From: Candidatus Babeliales bacterium
GTDB lineage: Bacteria; Babelota; Babeliae; Babelales; JANWKD01
NCBI GenBank assembly: GCA_963722075.1
Contig: CAVRJM010000001.1
Location: 512,001 to 576,000 of the forward strand
Length of the DNA stretch: 64,000 bases
Direction of reading: 5' to 3'
Shown here: in pieces, positions 27,783-38,149 of the stretch
How positions within the stretch are numbered: position 1 is the stretch's first letter
Layout of the letters: each line of letters starts with the position of its first letter
Position numbers and translations under genes: made by a program
The notes under the pieces: generated by a model
What the model was told of the DNA's origin: nothing
What the model saw: the letters and a program-made list of their open reading frames with translations, nothing else
Database searches by the model: none

Positions 27783-28676
27783 GTGCTTGCAAGTATGACC
27801 GGATTTGCATCAAAAATTATAGAAGTTCACACCAGTAACAATAATAAAGCATTTATTTCACTGATTTTAAAATCACTTAACTCACGATTTTTTGAGGCTT
27901 CGTGCAAATTGCCGCATGCATTGCAACCACTAGAAATTGAATTTATAAAAATGTTCAAAGAATCACTCCATCGGGGAAAGGTTACTTTTAATGTAACCGT
28001 AAGCAACCCGTTAATATTTAGTGGCCCCATTGAACCTTCTTTTTATATGGTTCAAAATTATTTACAAGCAATAGAAAATATTCAGCAAAAGTACGGCGTT
28101 AGCGGCACCATTACCATGAGCGATCTCTTAAAACTTCCTCATATTTTTATTGAAGAAGAATCGACACTTGATCAGGCGATCCATAATCTTATTATGACTA
28201 CAACGCGAGAGCTTATTACCATCTTATCTGATTCCCAACAAAAAGAAGGCGCACTGTTACAAAAAGATATTGAACAGCGGCTGGCTATTATTCTTACAAA
28301 AATCACTGAGATTGAAACGTTAGCAAGCGAATTGATAGTAAAGAATAATCTTGCGGTACAACAAAAATTAGCCAAATATGAACAAAGTTCTGCAGAGATT
28401 ATTGAATTAACTAAGCATCAACTCTATGCAGAATTAGAACGGATGGATATTCATGAAGAAATTATTAGGTTTAAAAGTCATTTAACGTTACTAAATAATT
28501 TCATTGCTTCAAAAGAAGTAGAAAAAGGTCGCCGTATTGATTTTACTTTGCAAGAATTAACGCGAGAGATTAATACCATTGGTGCTAAAACGGCTGATCC
28601 TTTAATTGGTTCCTTAGCAATCACCATCAAAGTAGAATTAGAAAAAATAAGGGAGCAGGCACAAAATATTGTTTAA
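27783..28676 (+). CDS. yicC: YicC/YloC family endoribonuclease
   Basis: SMTGF, SLNSRF, RGKV, DIHEEIIR, GRRIDF..QE..REINT, REQAQNI. Confidence 0.92.
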   Translation: MLASMTGFASKIIEVHTSNNNKAFISLILKSLNSRFFEASCKLPHALQPLEIEFIKMFKESLHRGKVTFNVTVSNPLIFSGPIEPSFYMVQNYLQAIENIQQKYGVSGTITMSDLLKLPHIFIEEESTLDQAIHNLIMTTTRELITILSDSQQKEGALLQKDIEQRLAIILTKITEIETLASELIVKNNLAVQQKLAKYEQSSAEIIELTKHQLYAELERMDIHEEIIRFKSHLTLLNNFIASKEVEKGRRIDFTLQELTREINTIGAKTADPLIGSLAITIKVELEKIREQAQNIV

Positions 28677-28698
28677 ATTCAAAAAAAGAGAGTTTTTA

Positions 28699-30195
28699 AT
28701 GAAAAAAATTATTGTTCTATTTTTATCAATCTCGGTAATGGCTGCTTATGCATTAGATATAGTAGAAGATTATGATCTGCAATCATATATTGCATCAGTC
28801 GAAGATACTATTACACGCGACTGCTCATTTTCAATTCAACAAATTACCCAATTTAATATTCCCTTTACCATTACCAATCCGGGTTTATATTGTTTAGCCC
28901 CCAATACCGCTTCAATAAGCCCAAGCCAAACCGGACGGCTAGTGGTAAGCTCAGGAACCGGCATTACCGTTAGCACCAGTAATGTTATTATTGATTTTAA
29001 TGACACTATTTTAGAAGGCCAAGGCGGTGCTACAGGAATACAGATTAGTAATGGCGTACAAAATGTTATTATTCGCAATGGTACCGTTCGTGCTATGACG
29101 CTTGCTGGGATTACCTTTAATAACATTGCTAATCAACAAACTGGTCCCATTATTCTTAGCAATATCACTTTGATGAATAACAGTATCGGCTTGAATACCG
29201 CTAATCCCTTTAACTTAGTTGCCAATAATATCCGTGCTTATTTTTCTACTAACACGGGATTTTTCGTAAATCAAGCAACCAATTGCTTATTTACCAATTG
29301 TATAAGCAATAACAATTCGGTAAATGGCTTCACCGTGCAAAATGCTAATTCAGTTACTTTCGTATCATGCTTTGCAGAAAGCAATTCAAATAATGGTTTC
29401 AATATTGTTGGCGTAGCTGGTTCTCAATTTATTAACTGTATAGCAAATAGAAATAAAACAGGCTTTCTACAAGTTAATGGTACTCTGACCAGCCAAGATG
29501 ATATTTTCAAAAACTGTATTGCACAACAAAACAATAACATCGGCTTTAATATTCAATTACAACAATCAATTCTTAGTCAATGCATTTCATCGTTAAATCT
29601 AACAGGATTTCAAATCAACGGCTCAAATAATACTATTACAGATTCAGTAGCTAATGATAATACCAATACCGGTTTTAACCTTATAGGAACTGCAAATCAA
29701 AGTAATCAATTTGAAGAATGCCATGCCCTGAATAATGGTTCGCATGGGTTTCAAACCATTGGTAACTTTAATAGCATTTTAGACTGTGTTTCAAAAAACA
29801 ATTCGGGTAATGGTATTGTACTCACTGGCACTGGATCAGAAATACAAAATTGTCATATAATAAATAATGGATTAAATGGGATTAATGTTAATGGCAGTGC
29901 TCATGTCATTTTATCAAATGTTATTGATACCCATAAATCGAGCGCAAGTACGCTCACCAGTGTAGGAATATTATTAGCAGTTACGGGCACATTTGGTAAC
30001 ACTGCGTCACTTAATGCCGTACGAAATAATTCACTGGTTAATAACACCGTAGGGATTAATAATCAAGGAATTGGCAATAAAATATATTCAAATTTTGCAA
30101 GCGCTAATACCACTGATTACATTGGCGTTCCCAATGTATCAGTTTCACCAACAGTAGCAACGCCAATTAACTTTACGGCTAATATTGCTGAATAA
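28699..30195 (+). CDS. Exported right-handed parallel beta-helix repeat protein
   Basis: Repeated NC.A.NN...GF units, Asn/Gly-rich; signal peptide from ATG 28699. Confidence 0.85.
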   Translation: MKKIIVLFLSISVMAAYALDIVEDYDLQSYIASVEDTITRDCSFSIQQITQFNIPFTITNPGLYCLAPNTASISPSQTGRLVVSSGTGITVSTSNVIIDFNDTILEGQGGATGIQISNGVQNVIIRNGTVRAMTLAGITFNNIANQQTGPIILSNITLMNNSIGLNTANPFNLVANNIRAYFSTNTGFFVNQATNCLFTNCISNNNSVNGFTVQNANSVTFVSCFAESNSNNGFNIVGVAGSQFINCIANRNKTGFLQVNGTLTSQDDIFKNCIAQQNNNIGFNIQLQQSILSQCISSLNLTGFQINGSNNTITDSVANDNTNTGFNLIGTANQSNQFEECHALNNGSHGFQTIGNFNSILDCVSKNNSGNGIVLTGTGSEIQNCHIINNGLNGINVNGSAHVILSNVIDTHKSSASTLTSVGILLAVTGTFGNTASLNAVRNNSLVNNTVGINNQGIGNKIYSNFASANTTDYIGVPNVSVSPTVATPINFTANIAE

Positions 30196-30313
30196 GGATC
30201 TTTATATTTTTTGCAATCTCTTTATACTAAAGAGCAATCATTTATTAATTAGATTATTTAGAATGTGTACAAAAACGTATACTCAAGGCTAAAAAGTCAT
30301 TGCATTGAAAAAC

Positions 30314-30539
30314 CGTCGTTGCGAGCTTGCGAAGCAATCCAGGCTAAAAAGAAATAAAAAACTGATATAAATAGAATAGAATAAGACTCAATGAGTTATC
30401 AGTGTTGTAAGAAAATAAATCTCTACTATCTGGAACAAATAGGGAATGGCTAATATTATTCATCAGTAAATTTGTATTATGATTTATTGCAGAAAATTTT
30501 CAAAGAAAACCTGGATTGCTTCGTAAACTCGCAACGACG
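30314..30539. repeat. Inverted REP-like pair enclosing a ~166 bp AT-rich spacer
   Basis: CGTCGTTGCGAG...CGAAGCAATCCAGG and CCTGGATTGCTTCG...CTCGCAACGACG; same arms at 59239-59445. Confidence 0.88.
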
Positions 30540-30606
30540 TCCTCTTGCAAATTTACGTTATTTCCCAAGATTTTGTTACACAGAATAAAAAAAATTACAT
30601 ATAGTT

Positions 30607-33600
30607 ATGTCAAACCAGCATTTTACTCATCTTCACCTCCACTCTGAATTTTCACTCCTTGATGGGGCGATTCAAATCGATAAATTGATCGAATTTGGCA
30701 AGCAACATAATTTTAAAGCATTAGCAATAACTGATCATGGCAACATATTTGGTGCAGTAAAATTTTTTCAAAAATGTAAAAAAGCAGGTATTAAACCAAT
30801 TCTGGGTATGGAAGCATATTTTACTGAAGATGCCACCATAAAAAATGCCGATCGCAAATATTACCACCTTATATTATTAGTACAAAATGAGATCGGTTAT
30901 AAAAATTTATGCAAACTTATATCATATTCCTATCAATCAGGGTTTTATTTTAAGCCGCGCATTGATTATACCCAATTAGAAAAGCATTCAGAAGGTCTCA
31001 TTGTCACGAGTGCTTGTTTGGGAGGCCATATCCCTTCCTTATTAATGAATAATCAACAAGAACAAGCTATCGATCGCTTAAATTGGTTTTTAAATGTATT
31101 TGGACCTGAGCGATTTTACTTAGAAATTCAACCAGAAGATCAACAAGATCAAATCACTTTAAATAGCAAATTATATGAATTAAGTTCGCAATACCAGGTT
31201 AAATTGGTTGCTACCGGCGATTGTCATTATATTCATGCAGATGATCGTGAAGCACATGAAGTTATGCTTTCTATTCAAACACAGCATAAAATTACCGATC
31301 CCGATCGATTTACTTTTGGCCAAGCACGTGTCCACATAAGAACAGCCAACGAAATGTTATCATTATTTGCCCAACATCCTGAGGCAATTTGGAATAGTGG
31401 TGTAATTGCTGATGCCTGTAACTTTGAATTTCCATCAGGAAAACTCCATTTTCCTGAGTTCAAAATCCCCGAAAACCATAGCACCGATTCATATTTTAAC
31501 CAATTATGTCAGCAGGGTCTTTCTACCTTAATAAATAAGGGAATAATTGACAGCGATAAACAACAAGATTATTGGGATCGCCTTACGTTTGAATGTGATT
31601 TAATTATCAAAATGGGATTTGTCGGTTATTTTTTGGTCGTTAGTGACTTTATTCAATGGGCGAAACGAAACAATATCCCCGTTGGACCCGGCAGAGGATC
31701 TGCAGCAGGATCATTAGTAGCATGGACACTTCAAATAACTAATATTGACCCCCTCAAATACAACTTATTATTTGAACGATTTTTAAATCCAGAACGTATC
31801 AGCATGCCCGATATCGATATCGATTTTTGTATAGAAGGACGAGAATCAGTCATTAATTACGTACGTGAAAAATATGGGCATGATAAGGTAGGTCAGATTA
31901 TTACTTTTGGTACCATGATGGCAAAAGGCGTCATTAAAGATGTAGCACGCGTTCTGGGGATGCCTTTTGAAGATTCTAATGGGATTTCAGCACTTATTCC
32001 TGAACAATTAAAAATAACCCTCAAAGAAGCAATTGATCAAGAACCTAAGTTAAAAGAGCTCATTGATCATAATACGCACGTTGCAAAAGTATTTGATATT
32101 GCTTTTAAATTAGAAGGCGTAACGCGTCATGCATCCAAACATGCCGCTGGCATTGTTATTTCGCCAGATCCCATTGATGAAGTACTTCCCATCTACGTGC
32201 AACCAAAAACGAATGAAATAGTAACGCAATATGCAATGACAGAACTTGAAGCATTAGGGTTTTTAAAAATAGATTTATTAGGGCTTAAAAACTTAACGCT
32301 CATTGAACGCGCTATTCAACTGATTAAAAAAAATAGAGCAATTGAGATTAATTTGGATACGTTACCCCTTGATGATTCCAAAACATTTTCTTTAGTTTGT
32401 CAGGGCAAAACCTCCGGCGTATTCCAATTGGAATCCAGTGGCTTAAAAGAAGTATTGCAAAAACTACAACCAGAAAAATTTGAAGATATTATTGCCGTAA
32501 ACGCATTATATCGACCAGGGCCATTAGGCTCAGGAATGGTTGATGATTTTATAGAACGAAAACATGGCCGACAAAAAATTAACTATTTATTTCCTGAACT
32601 AAAACCAATCCTTGAAGAAACGTATGGTGTTATTGTATATCAGGAGCAAGTACTTAAAATTGCAGCTGCTATTGGCGGGTATACTCTAGGCGAAGCAGAT
32701 ATTTTACGCAAAGCAATGGGAAAGAAGAAAGCAGATGTAATGGCAGAGCAGCGCGATCTGTTTTTAAAACGCGCCGTAGCTCAATCATTTGATGGAAAAA
32801 AAGCAGGAGAACTCTTTGATCTAGTAACCTACTTTGCCGGGTATGGTTTTAATAAAGCCCATTCAGCGGCATACGCTTTAATTGCGTATCAAACTGCTTA
32901 CTTAAAAGCGCACTTTCTTCCTGAATTCATGGCATGCCTTATTTCTCTTGAATCAAGTAATGCTGAAAATATGGTTTTTTATTTACAGGAAGCAAAAGAG
33001 CTCGGACTCACTATTTGCCCCCCTGATATAAATAGTTCTGAAATTGATTTCAGCATTGTTGATGGCGCCTTGCTATTTGGGCTACGTGGCATAAAAAATC
33101 TAGGCCTTGCTTCATTAGAAAACATATTACATGAGCGGCAAAAGGGCGCTTTTACCGATCTATTTGAATTTTGTAAACGAATTGATTTAAGAACGTCAAA
33201 TAAACGGGTTATTGAAAATCTTATTTGCGCCGGCGCCTTTGATTCACTACCTGGCACCCGTGCTCAAAAATATGAAGATCTTCCTAAGATAATGGAACAG
33301 GCAATTGTTCATAAAAAAAATGTAGAAACCGGTCAATTAGGCCTTTTTGATGCAAGTCGCAGCAATTCCATAACAAACGCAGATCAATTCCAATTTACCT
33401 CAGTAGTAGATTGGGATAATAAAACAAAATTAGAAAAAGAGGCAGAAGTAATAGGATTTTATTTAAGCGCTCATCCGATGGATATCTACAAAAAACAGAT
33501 ACAATGGTTCAACATACCTTCCTTTAACCAATTATTAAGTACCGAATTAAAAGATAACTCTGCCCAAGAGCCATCAGTGATAGCATGCGGCATAGTAAAA

Positions 33601-34062
33601 AGTAGTAAAGTAATTTTTACTAAAAAAGGTGAAAAAATGGCTTTTTTAACGGTTGAAGACCGTACTACCAGTGCTGAAGTAATATTATTCCCTAAATTAT
33701 ATAGCACCGCCGAACAATGGTTATCAACACACACTGTTTTTATCATATTAGGAACCCTTGATATCAGTTCAGCACAAAAATGTAAAATCAAAGCAAATCA
33801 ACTGATTCCTCTTGAGCTTATTTTTGATGAACACAAATACCTCCAAAAAACGGTGTTAGAATTACCGGTGGAATTTAATGAGTCTTTAATTCAACATATA
33901 GATCAAAAAATGAATAATGGGACTACTGCATTGCATCTTATATTTCAGGAGAATGGAAAGCGTCTCTATTTAAAAAGTTCAAAAAAGATAACCGTGGATC
34001 CCGCATTTCTTGCTGAACTTGAGAACAATAATATAAAGATAGCTCTTACGCTGGCCTTATAA
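30607..34062 (+). CDS. dnaE: DNA polymerase III alpha subunit
   Basis: HLHLHSEFSLLDG, TDHG, GPGRGSAAGS, PDIDIDF, YGFNKAH. Confidence 0.98.
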   Translation: MSNQHFTHLHLHSEFSLLDGAIQIDKLIEFGKQHNFKALAITDHGNIFGAVKFFQKCKKAGIKPILGMEAYFTEDATIKNADRKYYHLILLVQNEIGYKNLCKLISYSYQSGFYFKPRIDYTQLEKHSEGLIVTSACLGGHIPSLLMNNQQEQAIDRLNWFLNVFGPERFYLEIQPEDQQDQITLNSKLYELSSQYQVKLVATGDCHYIHADDREAHEVMLSIQTQHKITDPDRFTFGQARVHIRTANEMLSLFAQHPEAIWNSGVIADACNFEFPSGKLHFPEFKIPENHSTDSYFNQLCQQGLSTLINKGIIDSDKQQDYWDRLTFECDLIIKMGFVGYFLVVSDFIQWAKRNNIPVGPGRGSAAGSLVAWTLQITNIDPLKYNLLFERFLNPERISMPDIDIDFCIEGRESVINYVREKYGHDKVGQIITFGTMMAKGVIKDVARVLGMPFEDSNGISALIPEQLKITLKEAIDQEPKLKELIDHNTHVAKVFDIAFKLEGVTRHASKHAAGIVISPDPIDEVLPIYVQPKTNEIVTQYAMTELEALGFLKIDLLGLKNLTLIERAIQLIKKNRAIEINLDTLPLDDSKTFSLVCQGKTSGVFQLESSGLKEVLQKLQPEKFEDIIAVNALYRPGPLGSGMVDDFIERKHGRQKINYLFPELKPILEETYGVIVYQEQVLKIAAAIGGYTLGEADILRKAMGKKKADVMAEQRDLFLKRAVAQSFDGKKAGELFDLVTYFAGYGFNKAHSAAYALIAYQTAYLKAHFLPEFMACLISLESSNAENMVFYLQEAKELGLTICPPDINSSEIDFSIVDGALLFGLRGIKNLGLASLENILHERQKGAFTDLFEFCKRIDLRTSNKRVIENLICAGAFDSLPGTRAQKYEDLPKIMEQAIVHKKNVETGQLGLFDASRSNSITNADQFQFTSVVDWDNKTKLEKEAEVIGFYLSAHPMDIYKKQIQWFNIPSFNQLLSTELKDNSAQEPSVIACGIVKSSKVIFTKKGEKMAFLTVEDRTTSAEVILFPKLYSTAEQWLSTHTVFIILGTLDISSAQKCKIKANQLIPLELIFDEHKYLQKTVLELPVEFNESLIQHIDQKMNNGTTALHLIFQENGKRLYLKSSKKITVDPAFLAELENNNIKIALTLAL

Positions 34063-34710
34063 TTCTTGTAATTGAAGTGTTGCTTCATGGTAATAACCAT
34101 AATGAAGTGTTTCAATAGTTGATAAAAACGTTTGTAATACCGTCGAATTGTTGTTAATGATTAAACATTCCATTGTCTTTTTAAGATATTCCTTAACATG
34201 CGATGCAAGAGCTTTTTTCTTTATTAATAATACGGTAATTGTTTTGTATAACTCACCATTACAATGATAAATTTTTTGTTCCCATTGATTAACATAAAAA
34301 TTGAGCTGTTCATATGCTTCTTGTTCAATAAGATGACGACATAGTTGTTCAAGATGTACCATTAACCGAGTATCTTGCTCTAGTTGATCATATAAATAAA
34401 TAATTTGAATAATATGATCTATGTGCTGTGGTTCCAATATAATTAAATGTTCATATAATGCAGCTGCTTCAATTATTTTATTATGGGCTTTATATGCTTC
34501 TATTGCTTGCTCATATTTTTGACATGCTTGTTTAGTATCATTAAATGAAAGTAATAAATCCCCCTCTAATTGATGGGCAAGCGCAAGATTATCAAAGGAA
34601 TGAATGAGTAATTTATAAAGACCTAATGCTCGTTCGCGTTCACCACGTGCTACAAATTCTGCAAGCTTAAACCATGCTACATTGTATTTATCTGATGGAA
34701 GCTGCCTCAT
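34057..34710 (-). CDS. Hypothetical protein with TPR-like helices
   Basis: ATG 34710 preceded by GAGGGG; helical repeats (EGDLL..F....A...YEQA). Confidence 0.65.
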   Translation of the reverse strand: MRQLPSDKYNVAWFKLAEFVARGERERALGLYKLLIHSFDNLALAHQLEGDLLLSFNDTKQACQKYEQAIEAYKAHNKIIEAAALYEHLIILEPQHIDHIIQIIYLYDQLEQDTRLMVHLEQLCRHLIEQEAYEQLNFYVNQWEQKIYHCNGELYKTITVLLIKKKALASHVKEYLKKTMECLIINNNSTVLQTFLSTIETLHYGYYHEATLQLQEL

Positions 34711-34856
34711 ATCAATTACCCCTCTTAATTTTATAATCAATTTTATTATACCCTAACATGTGAAGGATTGATCTACAAGTTTTTTGGTATAAAAGTTGAT
34801 TTCTCCTTACCAAGACACTATTTTTAATCAATTAATTTGCCTCATCTAATATTTCG

Positions 34857-34940
34857 CTGGATCCTTACGTCACTTCGTTCCTCAGGATGACAATTCTACT
34901 TTCAATGTCATTCTGAGGCCATTCGGCCGTAAGAATCCAG
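34857..34940. repeat. REP-like palindromic doublet
   Basis: CTGGATCCTTACG...CTCAGGATGACA / TGTCATTCTGAG...CGTAAGAATCCAG. Confidence 0.9.
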
Positions 34941-35013
34941 TAATAAATAAGTATGCCGTTTTTTTACTGATTATTATTGACAAAAAATAGTATATCTGTA
35001 CCATACATTCTAT

Positions 35014-35088
35014 GCCGAGGTAGCTCAGTGGTAGAGCATGTGCCTGAAGAGCACAGTGTCGGTGGTTCGATTCCACTCCTCGGCACCA
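35014..35088 (+). tRNA. tRNA-Phe (GAA)
   Basis: GCCGAGG/CCTCGGC acceptor stem, TGTGC-CTGAAGA-GCACA anticodon arm, encoded CCA. Confidence 0.97.
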
Positions 35089-35106
35089 GTAATTTCCCTT
35101 TGGAAA

Positions 35107-35278
35107 TGCCTGGCAGGCAGTCTTTTTAAATGAAGTTAACATTATTAGTACGGTGAAAAGCACAAGATTGTCCAAAGACCTGTCCGAAGCTTGCCAAGCC
35201 GGAAGGCGTGGATAAGCGTAGGCGGAAGCTCAGCTATACTTCAACGACATTCCATCGCAAGCGAAGACTGGGCAGCCT
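35107..35278. repeat. GC-rich palindromic cluster between tRNA-Phe and pheS
   Basis: GCAGTCTTT...AAAGACCTGTCCGAAGC...GCGTAGGCGGAAG...AGCGAAGACTGGGCAGCC; shares motifs with 13147-13290 and 606-664. Confidence 0.55.
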
Positions 35279-35365
35279 TAGAGAACTTTTTACCTTCTTT
35301 CAACTTGCCATCCTCTATTTCCTTTGTTACAGTGGTAGGATTAGAATCCCATAAAGTTGATTAAA

Positions 35366-36403
35366 ATGAGTATCAATCAAAACCGTATCGATCTCCTACA
35401 AAAGGAATTTTCTGAAAAATTAGCCCGAGTTACCACACTAGAGGAACTTGAGCAGATTCGTTTGGAATTTTTATCACGTAACGGTCTTATAGCTCAAGCA
35501 ATGCATGATCTAAAGGCTCTCTCCTTAGAAGAAAAAAAAACAATCGGTCCTCTTTTAAATAATATAAAAAAATTTGCACAAGAATCATTTGATGCTAAAA
35601 AAAGCTCTATTGAACAAGAACTTTTACAAATACTGCTTGGAAAAGACCGCAACTTTGATGTTACCGCCTATGTTCCTAAGACCCTGCATGGTAGTTTACA
35701 CCCAATTACCGTTATTTATAAAAAAATAGAGGATATTTTTATTAGTATGGGATACGGTATCATAGAGGGACCAGAGGTAGAAACTGAATATTATAATTTT
35801 GAGGCACTCAACATCCCAAAAGATCACCCGGCACGCGATTTTTTTGATACGTTTTGGCTTACTATTCCTGGATTATTATTACGCACGCATACCTCGTCCG
35901 TTCAAATTCATGGTATGGAAAAAAATGAACCGCCATTCGCATTCATAGCACCAGGAAGAGTGTACCGCCATGAAGCAACTGATGCTACTCATGATTTTCT
36001 TTTTAATCAAATAGAAGGGTTAGTAATCGGTACCGACATTTCTTTAGCGCATTTACTGGCAACCTTAAAAACTTTTTTTCAGACATTATTTAATAGAAAA
36101 GATCTTGATTTAAAAGTACGCCCTAGTTACTTCCCTTTTGTTGAACCGGGAATTGAAATAGACATCACCTGTCCTTTTTGTTCAACCGGATGCTCCATAT
36201 GCAAAAAAACCAAACTTATTGAAATGGGTGGCGCTGGACTTGTACATCCAAATGTTTTAAAATTCTGTAAGCTCGACCCACATAAATATTCTGGGTTTGC
36301 GTTTGGGCTCGGCGTAGATCGTATAGCAATGTTATTATATAATATACAAGACATACGGCTATTTTCCAGCGGAAAAATCGATTTTTTAAAGCAATTTGAA
36401 TAA
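35366..36403 (+). CDS. pheS: Phenylalanine-tRNA ligase alpha subunit
   Basis: HPARD, LLRTHTS, GRVYR, YFPFVEP, GFAFGLG.DR. Start ATG 35366 (alternative TTG 35357). Confidence 0.97.
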   Translation: MSINQNRIDLLQKEFSEKLARVTTLEELEQIRLEFLSRNGLIAQAMHDLKALSLEEKKTIGPLLNNIKKFAQESFDAKKSSIEQELLQILLGKDRNFDVTAYVPKTLHGSLHPITVIYKKIEDIFISMGYGIIEGPEVETEYYNFEALNIPKDHPARDFFDTFWLTIPGLLLRTHTSSVQIHGMEKNEPPFAFIAPGRVYRHEATDATHDFLFNQIEGLVIGTDISLAHLLATLKTFFQTLFNRKDLDLKVRPSYFPFVEPGIEIDITCPFCSTGCSICKKTKLIEMGGAGLVHPNVLKFCKLDPHKYSGFAFGLGVDRIAMLLYNIQDIRLFSSGKIDFLKQFE

Positions 36404-36437
36404 AATATGGTAATTTGCAATACATAAAAGGAGTATT

Positions 36438-37355
36438 ATGGATATTTTGAAAACGGTGATACCAGCAGCAGGATTGGGAACTCGCTTTCTTCCTTTCACT
36501 AAAGCAGTGCCAAAGGAGATGCTACCGGTTCTTAATAAACCTGCCATACAGTACGCCGTTGAAGAATCAGTACATGCTGATATAAAAAATATACTCATGA
36601 TCATCAACAAAAATAAGCATGCTCTTGCAAACCATTTTGATTCAGATTTAGAGCTTGAACTAATCCTTAAAGAACGTGGTGAATTAGACCTATTATCAAG
36701 CCTTAAAAAAATTAATAAAGACACGTTTTTTTCCTATATTCGTCAGCCAGAGCCAATGGGACTCGGTCATGCAGTTTGGCTTGCACGACATAATATTGGT
36801 AAAGAATATTTTTGCGTACAACTTCCTGATGAGATTATAATCTCAAAAGTTTCTGCTCTTGCCCAGCTTATAAAAATTGCACGTCAAGAAAAAGCAACCA
36901 TCGTAGGCGTACAAGAAGTACCATCAGAATTAACCTCACAGTATGGTATTATTGCCGTAAAAAAACAAATTACGCCAAATTTATTCCAAGTTTCACATGT
37001 TGTTGAAAAGCCTGATCAAAAAGAAGCACCTTCAAATTTAGCAATTATCGGTCGTTACGTATTATCACATAAAATTTTTGCAGCGCTGGAAAGCATTGAA
37101 ACTGATCATAAAGGTGAATTACAGCTTACCGATGCCATTACACAAATGATGTTTAATAACGAAAAGGTCTTTGCTTATAAAGTACAAGGCATACGTTATG
37201 ATATTGGTAATCCTATTGGTTGGCTTAAAGCTCTTATTGGGTGTGCGTTACAAGATCCTCAGTATCAACCACACATTAGAAAATTCTTAGAAGATAAAGA
37301 GTTAATGGATTCCTTTATGTATCAGCCAGTTAATATTGTTGAAAATATCTTTTAA
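36438..37355 (+). CDS. galU: UTP-glucose-1-phosphate uridylyltransferase
   Basis: VIPAAGLGTRFLP.TKA.PKEMLP, GLGHAV, VEKP, GELQLTDA. Confidence 0.95.
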   Translation: MDILKTVIPAAGLGTRFLPFTKAVPKEMLPVLNKPAIQYAVEESVHADIKNILMIINKNKHALANHFDSDLELELILKERGELDLLSSLKKINKDTFFSYIRQPEPMGLGHAVWLARHNIGKEYFCVQLPDEIIISKVSALAQLIKIARQEKATIVGVQEVPSELTSQYGIIAVKKQITPNLFQVSHVVEKPDQKEAPSNLAIIGRYVLSHKIFAALESIETDHKGELQLTDAITQMMFNNEKVFAYKVQGIRYDIGNPIGWLKALIGCALQDPQYQPHIRKFLEDKELMDSFMYQPVNIVENIF

Positions 37356-37823
37356 TACTACTGGCTTATATACTTTATATATAAGCCATCCCCCTATTAA
37401 TCCCCCCATACAAATACCGGCGCTAGAAAGAAGTTTTACTGCAAAAGAATATTGCTTTTTTGGTTTTGATAAAATGGGTCCGTAAAGAACAGGCATTTTC
37501 TCAGTAAAAAGCTCTGTCTCTTCAGCTACTCCTTTTTCTTGAGCATTTAACAGAATATTAATTGCATTGCTTATTTTATTATGAAGCTCATCTGCTGGCG
37601 TAATCCGATCAGCAACTGCAAGCAAAACTTCTATATTATTATTTCTTACTAATATATCAATCGTTGAATAATCTGATTTATCATGCTCACCTTTTATCGA
37701 TTCCATATAAGAATTAATAACGCCAACATTTTCACATTTAGGGTATAACTTTTTCTCCATTGAATAGTTAGATCCACTTATTAAAAATAAAATCGTTAAT
37801 AATAGTAAGATTCTTTGTTTCAT
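37302..37823 (-). CDS. Hypothetical exported protein with C-terminal transmembrane segment
   Basis: ATG 37823 after AAGGA; signal peptide then ME; 3' end overlaps galU by 54 bp. Confidence 0.7.
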   Translation of the reverse strand: MKQRILLLLTILFLISGSNYSMEKKLYPKCENVGVINSYMESIKGEHDKSDYSTIDILVRNNNIEVLLAVADRITPADELHNKISNAINILLNAQEKGVAEETELFTEKMPVLYGPILSKPKKQYSFAVKLLSSAGICMGGLIGGWLIYKVYKPVVLKDIFNNINWLIHKGIH

Positions 37824-37975
37824 AAGTATATTCCTTTTGTACATATCCATATTGCTTATGAATTACCATATAATGCAAAAAAAGTAAAAAATTAAATCTT
37901 GTTTTTATTGCAATCTGAAAAATTAAAAACGTATACTAATACATGAGCAAACTTCTAAAAATTAGGATAATTTCT

Positions 37976-38149
37976 ATGAAGTATTTAATTTGTGTCATTA
38001 TAGTATTATATAGTTTTTCAATACAAGGCTGCCCTGCATGTGTTGCGCGGGTTCAAAAAAATTCGCCGCCATTCTTTTCACCAGAATTTTATGAATTTCC
38101 TGAATTTGATAATGAATTAGATATGATCATTACTGGAAGCGGCCGCTAA
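37976..38149 (+). CDS. Small exported protein with CxxC immediately after the signal peptide
   Basis: MKYLICVIIVLYSFSIQG-CPACVARVQKNSPPFFSPEFYE; RBS AGGA. Confidence 0.6.
   Translation: MKYLICVIIVLYSFSIQGCPACVARVQKNSPPFFSPEFYEFPEFDNELDMIITGSGR

Noticed and set aside
34882..35175. 97-aa minus-strand ORF
   Set aside because: Antisense to tRNA-Phe and a repeat.
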